34,440 nucleotides of DNA from Bacteriovoracia bacterium (GTDB taxonomy: Bacteria > Bdellovibrionota > Bacteriovoracia > Bacteriovoracales > Bacteriovoracaceae). The position numbers and the translations under genes were made by a program. Within the stretch, counting starts at the first letter, position 1. Each line of letters opens with the position of its first letter. Positions 9,310-18,789 of the stretch are shown piece by piece. Location: the NCBI GenBank assembly GCA_046570105.1, contig JBKHVI010000029.1, positions 1 to 34,440 on the forward strand. Reading direction: 5' to 3'. The notes below the pieces were generated by a model. That model did not search any database. It was not told the origin of the DNA and saw only the letters and a program-made list of their open reading frames with translations.

Positions 9310-9339
9310 AAAGGGCCCCGATCGGGGCCCTTATTTTTT
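9308..9339. terminator. bidirectional intrinsic terminator
   Basis: Perfect inverted repeat AAGGGCCCC-GATC-GGGGCCCTT flanked by A and T tracts, between convergent genes. Confidence 0.9.
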
Positions 9340-9349
9340 CATTCACATT

Positions 9350-9670
9350 TTAGCGTAAGAAACTGCATCGCACATCGGCCCAGCCTTGCACAAAACGATT
9401 CCAGACATCGAATGTGTAAGCGTAAGCAATGCGATGTTGGCCGGCGGGAATAATATCATTGAACTCAGCACGAATGACGTTTCCACGAATCGTTCTGCCA
9501 AAAGCAAAACCACGGCATTGGATCGGCTCGTAATAAGGATTATAAACTTTCGCACTTACGATATCGGCACGAATTTGTACGAATGGATTGGCATTAAATG
9601 CTCCCCATGCCAAAGCAGAAGCAGAGTGGGCCAGAGTGACTAGAATTGCTAAACGCAAAAGTGAGCGCAT
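9350..9670 (-). CDS. small secreted hypothetical protein (beta-rich, 2 Cys)
   Basis: GGAGG SD, signal peptide ending ALA, ends near the terminator. Confidence 0.75.
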   Translation of the reverse strand: MRSLLRLAILVTLAHSASALAWGAFNANPFVQIRADIVSAKVYNPYYEPIQCRGFAFGRTIRGNVIRAEFNDIIPAGQHRIAYAYTFDVWNRFVQGWADVRCSFLR

Positions 9671-9699
9671 AAAACCTCCATTAAGGACAAGATGTTGGG

Positions 9700-9729
9700 C
9701 TTATAAATGCAGCCGACGCAAGTTGTCAA
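9700..9729 (-). promoter_or_regulatory. possible sigma70 promoter of 9350..9670
   Basis: Minus strand TTGACA-N18-TATAAG. Confidence 0.4.
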
Positions 9730-9800
9730 TATATCTAGGTGACGTGTCTGCTGGAGAGATGGTAATTGATGTAAATTCGAAAGGTTAACTGGAGTCTTTT

Positions 9801-11258
9801 ATGCAAATTCCTGCGCATTTTCCCACTGAACCACAGCTTCTTTGGAGCTATTTTCATCAGTTCAATCAACTGCCACGTCCATCAAAGCATGAAGATAAAG
9901 TGCGTGAGTTTATTCTCGCTCGCGCTGCAAGTTTAAAACTAAAAACGCGCACAGATGAAGTGGGGAATGTGGTGGTTTATGTTCCAGCTACACCTGGCAA
10001 AGAAAAATCAGCGCCTGTCATTATTCAAAACCATATGGATATGGTGACAGATGCCGTACCTGAGAAAAAAATTGATTTTTATACCGATCCCATCACTACC
10101 ATGCGCGAAGGGGATTGGTTAAAAGCGGAAGGTACAACACTCGGAGCAGACAACGGAATTGGTTGTGCAGCAGCACTCGCTTTGATGGAAGCCAAAGGCA
10201 TCACTCATCCACCGCTCGAACTCCTTTTTACTATTGATGAGGAGACCGGACTCAAAGGTGCTTGGGGTGTCGATGCCAGTTTCTTTCAAGGTAAACGCAT
10301 GCTCAATCTCGACACAGAGGAGTGGGGAAGTTTCTACATTGGGTGCGCTGGCGGAATCGATTACGATCTCGAAGGTGAGCTGACTCAAGTCAAAACGCCT
10401 TGGAAAAACCCACAGTTTTTTAAACTGACTGTCGGTGGCTTCCTTGGCGGGCACTCTGGTGTTGATATACATGAACAAAGAGGCAACGCGATTAAATGTT
10501 TAGCGGAAATTCTCAACGAGATGTCTGCTGATCAATTGATGGTGCATGAAATTCGCGGTGGAAAAGCTCACAATATTATTCCCCGCGATGCATGGGCATT
10601 GGTTTCGATTGATGAATCTCAAAGAGATGTATTCCAAAAAGTGCTCAGCACGATTCAGGCCCGTTGGTTGAGTTTTGCCCCACAAAATGATCGTCAGTTT
10701 CATTTTGCATTAGAGGAGGCAGCTGCTCAAGATGTGGGCGTTACGGGAAGTGAACTCAAGCGAGTGATGGCTTTTTTGATGGCTTTCCCGCATGGGGCCC
10801 ATAAATATGATCTCGCCAGTAACAAAGAGCTGGTTGCTCTCTCAAATAATTTCGCGCTTTGCTTTTTAGTTCGCGGAAAGTTCTACGTGCTGACATCGTT
10901 GCGCTTCTTTGATCGTGAAGAGTGTCGTGCCTTAGAATCTCAGGTGACTTCGCTGGGAGAATTATTAGGCTTTAGTATTAAAAAGAATGGCGAGTATCCC
11001 AGCTGGAAACCTGTAAGAGAAAATCAACTGCTTGATCAGATGAGCAGTATCTATGAGCGCATCCATGGCAAAAAACCTCGTGTCACGGCCATTCATGCGG
11101 GCCTTGAATGTGGAATTTTGCGAGATAAAATTGGCCCGATTGATGCCGTTTCTTTTGGCCCGACAATTATGGGCGCCCATTCGCCTCAAGAGCGAGTTGA
11201 AATCTCGACTGTAACTGAATTTTGGAAATTATTAACCGCTGTGCTAGCAGAAATTTGA
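9801..11258 (+). CDS. pepD: aminoacyl-histidine (beta-Ala-His) dipeptidase, M20C
   Basis: PRPSKHE, QNHMDMV, TTLGADNGIG, TIDEETG, NLDTEE, GGHSG, HAGLECG, AHSPQE. Confidence 0.92.
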   Translation: MQIPAHFPTEPQLLWSYFHQFNQLPRPSKHEDKVREFILARAASLKLKTRTDEVGNVVVYVPATPGKEKSAPVIIQNHMDMVTDAVPEKKIDFYTDPITTMREGDWLKAEGTTLGADNGIGCAAALALMEAKGITHPPLELLFTIDEETGLKGAWGVDASFFQGKRMLNLDTEEWGSFYIGCAGGIDYDLEGELTQVKTPWKNPQFFKLTVGGFLGGHSGVDIHEQRGNAIKCLAEILNEMSADQLMVHEIRGGKAHNIIPRDAWALVSIDESQRDVFQKVLSTIQARWLSFAPQNDRQFHFALEEAAAQDVGVTGSELKRVMAFLMAFPHGAHKYDLASNKELVALSNNFALCFLVRGKFYVLTSLRFFDREECRALESQVTSLGELLGFSIKKNGEYPSWKPVRENQLLDQMSSIYERIHGKKPRVTAIHAGLECGILRDKIGPIDAVSFGPTIMGAHSPQERVEISTVTEFWKLLTAVLAEI

Positions 11259-11267
11259 GGTTGTCTT

Positions 11268-11615
11268 ATGTTTCCTTATGAATTTTATAAAGTTCTCCAT
11301 TTAAGCTCTCTGGTGTTGCTGCTGACGGGATTTGCCATTCAATTTTGGGGTGAAAAAACCAAGCTCCTTAAAATTTTAACTGGTGTAGCGACTCTTTTCG
11401 TTTTGGTTTCCGGAATGGGGCTGATGGCCCGCTTAGGCATCGGCCATACTGAAGCATGGCCTACATGGATTTATGTGAAATACTCGATTTGGCTGATTAT
11501 CGGTATTGGAAGTGCCGTTGTGGTGAAGCGTTTTCCTCAGCACGGAAAAAAAGCCTACGTCATAATGTTGGCGCTTTTTGTAGTCGCAGCCTATACCGCG
11601 AATTATAAGTTTTAA
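11268..11615 (+). CDS. small 4-TM membrane protein, SirB2-like
   Basis: YKVLH start, LVSG, WIYVK pattern, four hydrophobic helices; GAGG SD. Confidence 0.6.
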   Translation: MFPYEFYKVLHLSSLVLLLTGFAIQFWGEKTKLLKILTGVATLFVLVSGMGLMARLGIGHTEAWPTWIYVKYSIWLIIGIGSAVVVKRFPQHGKKAYVIMLALFVVAAYTANYKF

Positions 11616-11657
11616 TTTCACTTTCCCAAGTGATACGAGGCCAGTTATCATCAACAC

Positions 11658-11885
11658 ATGTTGCATGTGTTGATTGATATTTTTGTAATTCTCGTCGTAA
11701 TCGATGCCATCGTGAGTTTTGTGCCAAATCCCCAGGTCAAACGACATCCGATGGTCATTCAATTGCGCAAAATTGTGGATGTTCCACAAAAACCTATTCG
11801 CCAGCTTTTGCCACCTAATATTCCCTTTGATCCTTCGCCGATCATTGTGATTTTGTTGCTTCGAATGATTGGAGCAATTCTGTGA
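11658..11885 (+). CDS. yggT: YggT family membrane protein
   Basis: IVSFVP..HP...L......KPIR..LP....FDPSPII. Confidence 0.85.
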   Translation: MLHVLIDIFVILVVIDAIVSFVPNPQVKRHPMVIQLRKIVDVPQKPIRQLLPPNIPFDPSPIIVILLLRMIGAIL

Positions 11886-11894
11886 GGTCAGTTC

Positions 11895-12704
11895 ATGGAT
11901 GATGTTTCTTTTCTCGTTCAAGAAACTATGCGTTTGAGTGAAAAACGCTTGATGGGTGAAATCGAAGACGGTGAAGAAACATGGGAGCCCATGTTTCTCG
12001 ATAGTGTCGAGCCTGCTCCTCAAGCTCCTGGTTTGTTTTTTCATCTTGAACAAACTGGCGGCACTTTTATTATCCGCACACTTGCCAGTGAAAATTTAGC
12101 AGTCGATCAGGAATTGATTACTGCTCATCCCGAAGAATATCCCACGCTGCGTTTGATAAACGATGGGGGAGTTCAGCTTAAAAAACTTAAGTGGTTTGAG
12201 CTCAACTCTTTTTCTGAAGCTGAAGTTGTTCATCAGAGAGTGGGTCAGCGTCGCTTTCCACGCCGTGAAGAAGAAGTTTGTAATTTAAGTGATCCAGGTT
12301 TTAGCTGGTGGTTGGAAAAGCATCCTCATGGCTTCAGTCTTTATTCTAAAATGGGACTACTCAAAGAAGGTCTCGTGCGCTTAGGTCCTCTGGCCGATGG
12401 CCAGCTTGCGCCTCATCGCTGGAATGATCTCATTCAATTACTAAGTCACCTTCCACTTAAGCTTGATGTACGTGCGGAAAATAATCGCTTTGTGATGTCG
12501 ACTGATTCAGAGCAATGGTTGCTTGAAGAATTTTTGCGTGTCTTCACTCGAGGGCAGGTTAGTGATGATCTGCAATCCGTTTTCCGCTTGCTCGGTAAAA
12601 AAGGTGTGAATGAAGGACTGCTTTCAACTTGCTGGTATTTTTTGCAAGAAGTGGCCGCCGTTCGTCGCTTTTGGCTTGAGATTGAAGATCAGCTCAATTA
12701 TTGA
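11895..12704 (+). CDS. hypothetical protein, possibly degenerate UvrC-N/Cho (GIY-YIG)-like
   Basis: 269-aa ORF with GAGG SD; faint colinear similarity to the UvrC N-half seen by eye (see findings). Confidence 0.55.
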   Translation: MDDVSFLVQETMRLSEKRLMGEIEDGEETWEPMFLDSVEPAPQAPGLFFHLEQTGGTFIIRTLASENLAVDQELITAHPEEYPTLRLINDGGVQLKKLKWFELNSFSEAEVVHQRVGQRRFPRREEEVCNLSDPGFSWWLEKHPHGFSLYSKMGLLKEGLVRLGPLADGQLAPHRWNDLIQLLSHLPLKLDVRAENNRFVMSTDSEQWLLEEFLRVFTRGQVSDDLQSVFRLLGKKGVNEGLLSTCWYFLQEVAAVRRFWLEIEDQLNY

Positions 12705-12934
12705 AGCTGACCGATTTCAGCTTTCGCTGCTAAGTAGCCTGTCACCATAACTTGGGCCAATGTGCCCAATTCTTCTTCTTCTTCGATTCCGTAAAAATCT
12801 TCCAAATGACGCACAAATAGTTCGAGGTCTTCGTCATTGAGATGTTTTTCTACGAGCGTAGTTACGGTATCGGCTTCCATATCGCTTAATTTTTCAAAGA
12901 ATTTCGCTAGGGTTGCATTCTTGGCCGATGTCAT
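12698..12934 (-). CDS. small acidic hypothetical protein
   Basis: 78 aa, AAGGA SD, helical acidic composition, 7-nt convergent overlap. Confidence 0.7.
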   Translation of the reverse strand: MTSAKNATLAKFFEKLSDMEADTVTTLVEKHLNDEDLELFVRHLEDFYGIEEEEELGTLAQVMVTGYLAAKAEIGQLQ

Positions 12935-13061
12935 AGAGATCCTTTACGGTATTAATAAAATTTAACCTTCATTCAAGCATGATTTTTCAATAACTAGCTA
13001 TTCATTATTGATAAATCATTTCACAACTATAACAATAAAATCTTTTGCAAAAGGTTTGGTC

Positions 13062-13949
13062 ATGAAGCTTCTTTTATTCTTAGCTCTCTTTTCATCATTA
13101 GTCTTTGCTGAGGAGCAGAAAAAAGATCAAAAGAAAAAAGAAGAAAAAGTTGAAGAAGTAAAACCTGCGCCAGCTGCTCCTGCTGCACCTCAAAAACGCC
13201 TCTCAATTGTTTATTTCTCAGAAGCTTTGGGTCCAGCCCTTGCGGGTGGCGACGGGTTTGTTCCTGATGCTGATAAAAAAGGAAATCCCGTTCCTGGTAT
13301 TGATGGATACAACGTTTGGAATCAGTTTGCTTTCCGTTACAAATTCGACAACGGCTGGGAGCCGTTCTTTAACGCTCGTTTCACATCTTTCTTTGGCAAT
13401 CGTGATCGCCTAGGAAGTGATGATGGTGTTTTGCGTACCGAGGATCAATTGGTCGGTGTCCGAAAGTTAATTTGGTCTAACAAAAGTGGATGGTCTTTCT
13501 TTGCTCAGTTCGGTTACCGCTTGCCGACATCTCGTCTTACAATTGATCAAAAATGGAATGGCCAGGTAGAGTGCTTTTGTATTCTCGACTGGACTCCGAA
13601 CAAGGATTGGAGTTTTGGGGCCTGGGTGACTCCGCGCTTTTACATTCCAAGTGGAGATTCAACAAATGAGCGCTGGAGACTTTACTACGCTCCATATCTT
13701 CGCCGTCGCTTCCTAAACGATACGACTTGGTTCCAGGCCATTCTCGAGCAAGAGCTCAGTCATAATGAGGCTAAGGGTGATAAGTCTTATAACTACTCAA
13801 CGCGCACTCTAAATTCCGCATACTTAGGTGTAGAATTTATGGCAACCGACACGCTTATTTTCTATCCATTCGTGCGTTCGGTGAATATTGCTAAGTTTGA
13901 TCCTGAAACTATCGCTGTAGGTTCTTGGATTATTTGGCTTGCCTATTAG
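13062..13949 (+). CDS. outer-membrane beta-barrel protein
   Basis: Signal peptide from ATG 13062 (MKLLLF...VFA), charged/Pro-Ala linker, alternating aromatic strands, C-terminal aromatic beta-signal (IIWLAY). Confidence 0.7.
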   Translation: MKLLLFLALFSSLVFAEEQKKDQKKKEEKVEEVKPAPAAPAAPQKRLSIVYFSEALGPALAGGDGFVPDADKKGNPVPGIDGYNVWNQFAFRYKFDNGWEPFFNARFTSFFGNRDRLGSDDGVLRTEDQLVGVRKLIWSNKSGWSFFAQFGYRLPTSRLTIDQKWNGQVECFCILDWTPNKDWSFGAWVTPRFYIPSGDSTNERWRLYYAPYLRRRFLNDTTWFQAILEQELSHNEAKGDKSYNYSTRTLNSAYLGVEFMATDTLIFYPFVRSVNIAKFDPETIAVGSWIIWLAY

Positions 13950-13979
13950 GTTGTAATTATTACGGATTAAGAGTGTATA

Positions 13980-14034
13980 GGTCATTTCGCTGGCCATGGC
14001 CCATCGCAAGGGCTATGGTGCGTCGAACATGACC
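13980..14034 (+). promoter_or_regulatory. long stem-loop in the leader of the DEAD-box helicase gene
   Basis: Nested pairings GGTCAT/ATGACC, TTCG/CGAA and CCATGGCCC/GGGCTATGG. Confidence 0.55.
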
Positions 14035-14054
14035 ATTCAACTCTCGGAGACTCC

Positions 14055-15734
14055 GTGAAATTTGCAGACTTAGGCCTTAGGGCCTCATCACTTGAAGCCC
14101 TTACAAAACTAGGCTTTGCCGACGCAACCGAAATTCAAGCGCAAGCTATTCCTCTCTTATTAGCAGGCGATATCGACTTCATTGGCCAAGCACAAACCGG
14201 AACAGGAAAGACAGCAGCTTTTCTTCTTCCACTTTTTGAAAAACTCGATCCAAAAGCTCGTCACGTACAAGCTTTGGTGCTCGCGCCGACTCGCGAACTT
14301 GCTAATCAGATCGAAGGTGAAATTGCAAAATTCACCACCACTGGTGACAAAGTTCGCTCACTCTCTGTTTATGGTGGCACACCGATCAGCGCTCAGTTAC
14401 GCGCTCTTCGTACAGCTGCTCCATCAATCGTAGTGGGTACTCCTGGTCGCGTGATTGATTTGATCGATCGCGGCGCTCTTCAACTTGAACAAGTTCGCTA
14501 TGTGATTTTGGATGAAGCCGATGAAATGCTCGACATGGGTTTCTTCGATGACGTTCAAACAATTATCGCCAACAGCCCGAACAAAAAAGTGTGGATGTTC
14601 TCTGCCACTTTGCCAGCTCCTATTCAAGGATTGGTGAAGAAGCATTTTAATGATCCAAAAGTTGTTAAAGTGACTAAGCAACAGCTCACCACCAACTCAG
14701 TTGAGCAGACTTACTTAGTTGCTCGTCCAGGTGACATGGTCGAAGCTCTCTGCCGCTACCTCGACAGTATTGATGATATTTACGGTCTCGTTTTCACTCG
14801 TACAAAAATCGGCGCTCAGCAATTGGCCGATGCTTTGAACTCACGCGGTTATGCGACTGAATCACTTCACGGTGATATGGAGCAAGATGCTCGTGACTTC
14901 ACCATGAAGCGCTTCAAAGAAAAGAAGTGCAAGCTTGTTGCTTGTACCGACGTTGCTGCTCGCGGTATCGACGTGTCAGATCTTACTCACGTTATCAACG
15001 TTGAACTTCCGATGGATCTTGAGTCTTATGTTCACCGTATCGGTCGTACCGGTCGCGGCGGAGCTAAAGGTATTGCTCTCTCAATCGTGACTCCAATGGA
15101 ATTCAGAAAGATCGCTCTTATCGAGCGCATCACTAAAGCACCTATTAAGCGTGTTGAACTTCCGGGCGTTGATGAAATTCGCGGTCGTTTGATTTCTAAA
15201 GCTGTGAAAGGTGTAACTGAGCTTGCGACTACGATCACTGAGCAGAATCATCCTGAATTTGCTGATTTCAAAACAGCGACTGAATCTATGAACAAAGAAG
15301 AGCTACAAAAAGCTCTTTATGCTCGCACGCTTGCTCCAACAATTAAGAAATACCGTGAAGCACGCGACCTTACTGCAATGGCACCAAGTCGCCGCGGTGA
15401 TGCTGGTGGAGCTCCAGGAAGAGATATGAATAGAGGCCCTGCTCGCGGAGCTGGTCAGCGTTTCATTATCAACATCGGCAGAATTGACGGAGCTAATCCG
15501 GGCGATCTGTTGAAATTCCTCCATCGCACAGCTGGATTGCGTGGTTCTGAGGTCGGCAGAATTGATATTCGCGACAAAGTTTCATTCTTTGAAATCGACG
15601 CTAATCAGGGTTCTCGCCTTCATAAAGTCAAAGGCAGCTCCTGGGGCCAACGTCGAGTGATGGTCGACATCGCCGACCAGATGGCGGCACCCGAGCAAGG
15701 CGCTCGGGTAAGAAGAGGTCCTCCAACTGCGTGA
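14055..15734 (+). CDS. deaD: DEAD-box RNA helicase with DbpA-type RNA-binding domain (DeaD/CsdA-like)
   Basis: AQTGTGKT, PTRELA, TPGR, DEAD, SAT, ARGID, HRIGRTGR; C-terminal INIGR.DG...G.IDI....SF domain; GGAGA SD with GTG start. Confidence 0.9.
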   Translation: MKFADLGLRASSLEALTKLGFADATEIQAQAIPLLLAGDIDFIGQAQTGTGKTAAFLLPLFEKLDPKARHVQALVLAPTRELANQIEGEIAKFTTTGDKVRSLSVYGGTPISAQLRALRTAAPSIVVGTPGRVIDLIDRGALQLEQVRYVILDEADEMLDMGFFDDVQTIIANSPNKKVWMFSATLPAPIQGLVKKHFNDPKVVKVTKQQLTTNSVEQTYLVARPGDMVEALCRYLDSIDDIYGLVFTRTKIGAQQLADALNSRGYATESLHGDMEQDARDFTMKRFKEKKCKLVACTDVAARGIDVSDLTHVINVELPMDLESYVHRIGRTGRGGAKGIALSIVTPMEFRKIALIERITKAPIKRVELPGVDEIRGRLISKAVKGVTELATTITEQNHPEFADFKTATESMNKEELQKALYARTLAPTIKKYREARDLTAMAPSRRGDAGGAPGRDMNRGPARGAGQRFIINIGRIDGANPGDLLKFLHRTAGLRGSEVGRIDIRDKVSFFEIDANQGSRLHKVKGSSWGQRRVMVDIADQMAAPEQGARVRRGPPTA

Positions 15735-15785
15735 TTGTGCAGAACTTAGCACGGTGTTAAGCTGGTCTTACGCAAGTAGACCAGG

Positions 15786-16430
15786 ATGGGCACCGTGCAA
15801 AATCAATACGAAGATGAATTCGAAGAAGTTCCCTCACCTTTTAGGAAAAGTGCCGTGCGAACACGCGCCACTTCTAATGGGAATCTTTTCTCGCGCCCAC
15901 TCGGTACGACACCTTCTGAAGCTCCTACTATTTTAGAAACTCCTACACGTAAATCTCCTGCTCGCCCAGAGCAGATGGACTTTACTCCTCAGCGTAGAAT
16001 GGCGACCACTCCTCAAGTGGAGTATCTCGAAGACGAAGACGAAGAGGATGAGGAAGAGGAAGAAGAAATCGAGAAGCGTCCAGCGCGTATTCGTCAGCCA
16101 AAACCGAAAGCAAAAAACAAAGTCGATCTTTTACCGCGTGTCGGTTGGGCGATTGTGGCGCTCTGTATGTTGCGCTTAGTATTCATGGAACGCGGAGTGA
16201 TTGATTACGTCGGCATGGATAAAAAAATTGCTGAACGCCAAACAGAACTGGTGCGTGTGCAAAAAGAGAATGATGAAATCGGCACAGAGATTCGTCGAAT
16301 CACTCTCGACAAATCCTATCAGCGCCAACTTGCAAAAGAGATTCTAGGTGTGATTGCAGCCGATGAATTTCTTATTTTATTTGCGGGGGAATCTTCGGAG
16401 ACTCTAAGCGAAGCTGATCGCCCACTTTAA
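15786..16430 (+). CDS. ftsB: FtsB/DivIC septum formation initiator family protein with long disordered N-terminus
   Basis: One TM, ERG, coiled coil, then LAKEILGVI..DE (AR..LG....E-like motif). Confidence 0.65.
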   Translation: MGTVQNQYEDEFEEVPSPFRKSAVRTRATSNGNLFSRPLGTTPSEAPTILETPTRKSPARPEQMDFTPQRRMATTPQVEYLEDEDEEDEEEEEEIEKRPARIRQPKPKAKNKVDLLPRVGWAIVALCMLRLVFMERGVIDYVGMDKKIAERQTELVRVQKENDEIGTEIRRITLDKSYQRQLAKEILGVIAADEFLILFAGESSETLSEADRPL

Positions 16431-16881
16431 GTTTCGCGCCCGTTTTCGAAATAGCCTTCATTTCTAGAACATGTCTGGCCCACACCACACGTGCGCGTGG
16501 AACGCGTGATTCGGGATAACGTCCTACGAAGTGGGGAAGTTTTCGTTCAATATCAATAATCTTAAAGCTTCTATCGAGATAAAACAGATCGAGATCAAAA
16601 TGCGTGTCGGGCATCCAAAAACCGCGCATGCCGTCTTCTTCAAAGATAAAGAGCATGCCATGGTCATCCGGCCAGTCTTCATTGCGTGTTCCTGAGAAGC
16701 CACGACGCTGGTCGACTTCCTCGATTGCCAGGCGTACGAGGATCTTGTCTTCGGGCGCAATGAGCCAAGCCCATCTTTCAGGGTCTTTATCTACCTGATT
16801 CTGGCACGCGGCCAGAAGCGTCAATAGAAAGAAACTAAGGATTCGATTGAGCTTAAATAAGCTCTGAGGCATCATTTCCAT
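16372..16881 (-). CDS. DUF192 family lipoprotein (start uncertain)
   Basis: Lipobox LAAC; RG.SG, GMLFIF, FWMPDT...LD, VLEM, GD motifs. Confidence 0.85.
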   Translation of the reverse strand: MEMMPQSLFKLNRILSFFLLTLLAACQNQVDKDPERWAWLIAPEDKILVRLAIEEVDQRRGFSGTRNEDWPDDHGMLFIFEEDGMRGFWMPDTHFDLDLFYLDRSFKIIDIERKLPHFVGRYPESRVPRARVVWARHVLEMKAISKTGAKLKVGDQLRLESPKIPPQIK

Positions 16882-16910
16882 GGCCTAATCCTAGGCCACT
16901 TTCCGAGGAG

Positions 16911-18704
16911 ATGACAATGACGAGCATTCGCGATTTATCAGGTCTCATGCGTACCCACACCTGTGGTGAGCTACGAGATTCGGATATCGGGAAAACCGTC
17001 ACGATCTGCGGATGGGTGAATAAGGTGCGCGACCTCGGTGCACTTCACTTTGTGGATTTGCGCGATAAACACGGCCTTACGCAATTAGGCTTTGAGCAAT
17101 TCAAAGGTGATCTTGCTGTTCTTAAAACTTTTTCTCTCGAATCTGTCGTGCGTGCTACCGGTGTGGTGGCTGCCCGTCCTGACTCGGCAAAAAATCCTAA
17201 GATGGCGACAGGCCTTGTAGAAGTTCAAGTGCAGTCAGTAGAACTTTTGTCTCATGCAGAGATTCCACCGTTCTTGCCTCATGGCCATACCGAAGCAACG
17301 GAAGATTTGCGTTTGAAGTATCGCTATCTTGATTTGCGAAGCGAGCGTTTGCAGAAAATCTTAAAGATTCGCTCCGATGCTACTCGCAAAGCACGTGAGA
17401 CGCTTTATGAATTAGGTTTCATGGAAGTCGAGACGCCGATTCTTTATAAGACCACACCGGAAGGTGCACGAGACTACGTTGTTCCCTCACGAGTCCACAA
17501 AGGCAAAGTCTACGCACTTCCGCAATCACCGCAAACGCTTAAGCAATTGTTGATGATTGCCAACAGCGATAAGTATTTTCAAATTTGCCGCTGCTTCCGT
17601 GACGAAGATTTGCGTGCTGACCGTCAGCCGGAATTCACTCAGATCGATATTGAAGTGAGTTTTCCGACGATGGATTATATGAAGAATCTCGCTTCGCGCA
17701 TGGTTTCTCGCATATTCAATCTCGGTGATGATTTTACTTTGAAAGGCATTACTTATGATGAAGTGATGGCGAAGTATGGCTCAGATAAACCCGATGTGCG
17801 TTTTGGCCTTGAGCAAATGAATGTGACTAAGATTTTCGCAAACTCCGCTTTCGCTACCTTTGCTGACATCGCGAAAGAAAAGCACGGCTTGGTGAAGGCG
17901 ATGTTCCTGCCAGTTAAGCTTGGAACACTTGCGCGTAAAGATATCGATGCACTCACAGAAGTCGTGAAGCCTTACGGCGGCAAAGGTGTGGCCTGGTTTA
18001 AAGTTGAAAATGGCGCGCTTTCCGGTGGTATTTCAAAATTTGTCACACCAGAAATTCAAGCGGGCCTTTATGAGAACTCACCAGAAAAAGGTGATGGTCT
18101 GTGGTTCTTCTGTGCCGACAAAAAAGATAATGTTGCTCATGATTGTTCAGACGCTGTTCGTCGCCATTTAGGAAAAACGCTTAAATTGTACAATCCAGAC
18201 GATTATGCGTTCTTGTGGGTTTATGACTTCCCACTCTTAGACGTTGATTTTGAAACTAAAGGAATTGGCGCTAAACACCATCCGTTCACCATGCCACGCT
18301 TGGATCAAATCGAGCACTTCATGTCGAACGATCTTGAGAAACTAGCTGCGTGTAAGGCGCAGGCCTACGATATCGTTTGTAACGGCTATGAGTTGGGCGG
18401 CGGCTCTTTGCGAATATTTGATAATAAAGTTCAATCGCGCATGTTTGAAGTCTTGGGCCTCTCACCAGAGGAAGCTCAACATCAGTTTGGCTTCTTTGTG
18501 GAAGCTCTGAAGTACGGCACACCACCACACGGAGGTATGGCCTTTGGGATGGAGCGACTCGTAATGATGCTCACAAAGACTGATTCCATTCGTGACGTCA
18601 TGGCGTTTCCGAAAACTGCGACCGCGACTGATCTCATGGCCGGTGCGCCTTCGAAGCCAAACGATGCTCAAACAAAAGAACTCAACTTCAAATGGCTTGA
18701 ATGA
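16911..18704 (+). CDS. aspS: aspartate--tRNA ligase
   Basis: MRTHTCGEL, RLKYRYLDLR, PEGARDY, ALPQSPQ, CFRDEDLRADRQPEFTQID, PPHGG; GAGGAG SD. Confidence 0.98.
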   Translation: MTMTSIRDLSGLMRTHTCGELRDSDIGKTVTICGWVNKVRDLGALHFVDLRDKHGLTQLGFEQFKGDLAVLKTFSLESVVRATGVVAARPDSAKNPKMATGLVEVQVQSVELLSHAEIPPFLPHGHTEATEDLRLKYRYLDLRSERLQKILKIRSDATRKARETLYELGFMEVETPILYKTTPEGARDYVVPSRVHKGKVYALPQSPQTLKQLLMIANSDKYFQICRCFRDEDLRADRQPEFTQIDIEVSFPTMDYMKNLASRMVSRIFNLGDDFTLKGITYDEVMAKYGSDKPDVRFGLEQMNVTKIFANSAFATFADIAKEKHGLVKAMFLPVKLGTLARKDIDALTEVVKPYGGKGVAWFKVENGALSGGISKFVTPEIQAGLYENSPEKGDGLWFFCADKKDNVAHDCSDAVRRHLGKTLKLYNPDDYAFLWVYDFPLLDVDFETKGIGAKHHPFTMPRLDQIEHFMSNDLEKLAACKAQAYDIVCNGYELGGGSLRIFDNKVQSRMFEVLGLSPEEAQHQFGFFVEALKYGTPPHGGMAFGMERLVMMLTKTDSIRDVMAFPKTATATDLMAGAPSKPNDAQTKELNFKWLE

Positions 18705-18731
18705 ACCAGTAAGTTAGCTTTGGATTAAATT

Positions 18732-18784
18732 TAGATTATAACGGTGGAGTCAGATAGCTTGAAATGACTTCACCGCTTAATCTA
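18732..18784. other. long intergenic hairpin downstream of aspS
   Basis: Nested stems TAGATTA/TAATCTA and CGGTGGAGTCA/TGACTTCACCG, 12-nt loop. Confidence 0.6.
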
Positions 18785-18789
18785 TAAGA

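Noticed and set aside
11433..12053. 206-aa minus-strand ORF
   Set aside because: Antisense to three plausible plus-strand genes and has no recognisable motifs.
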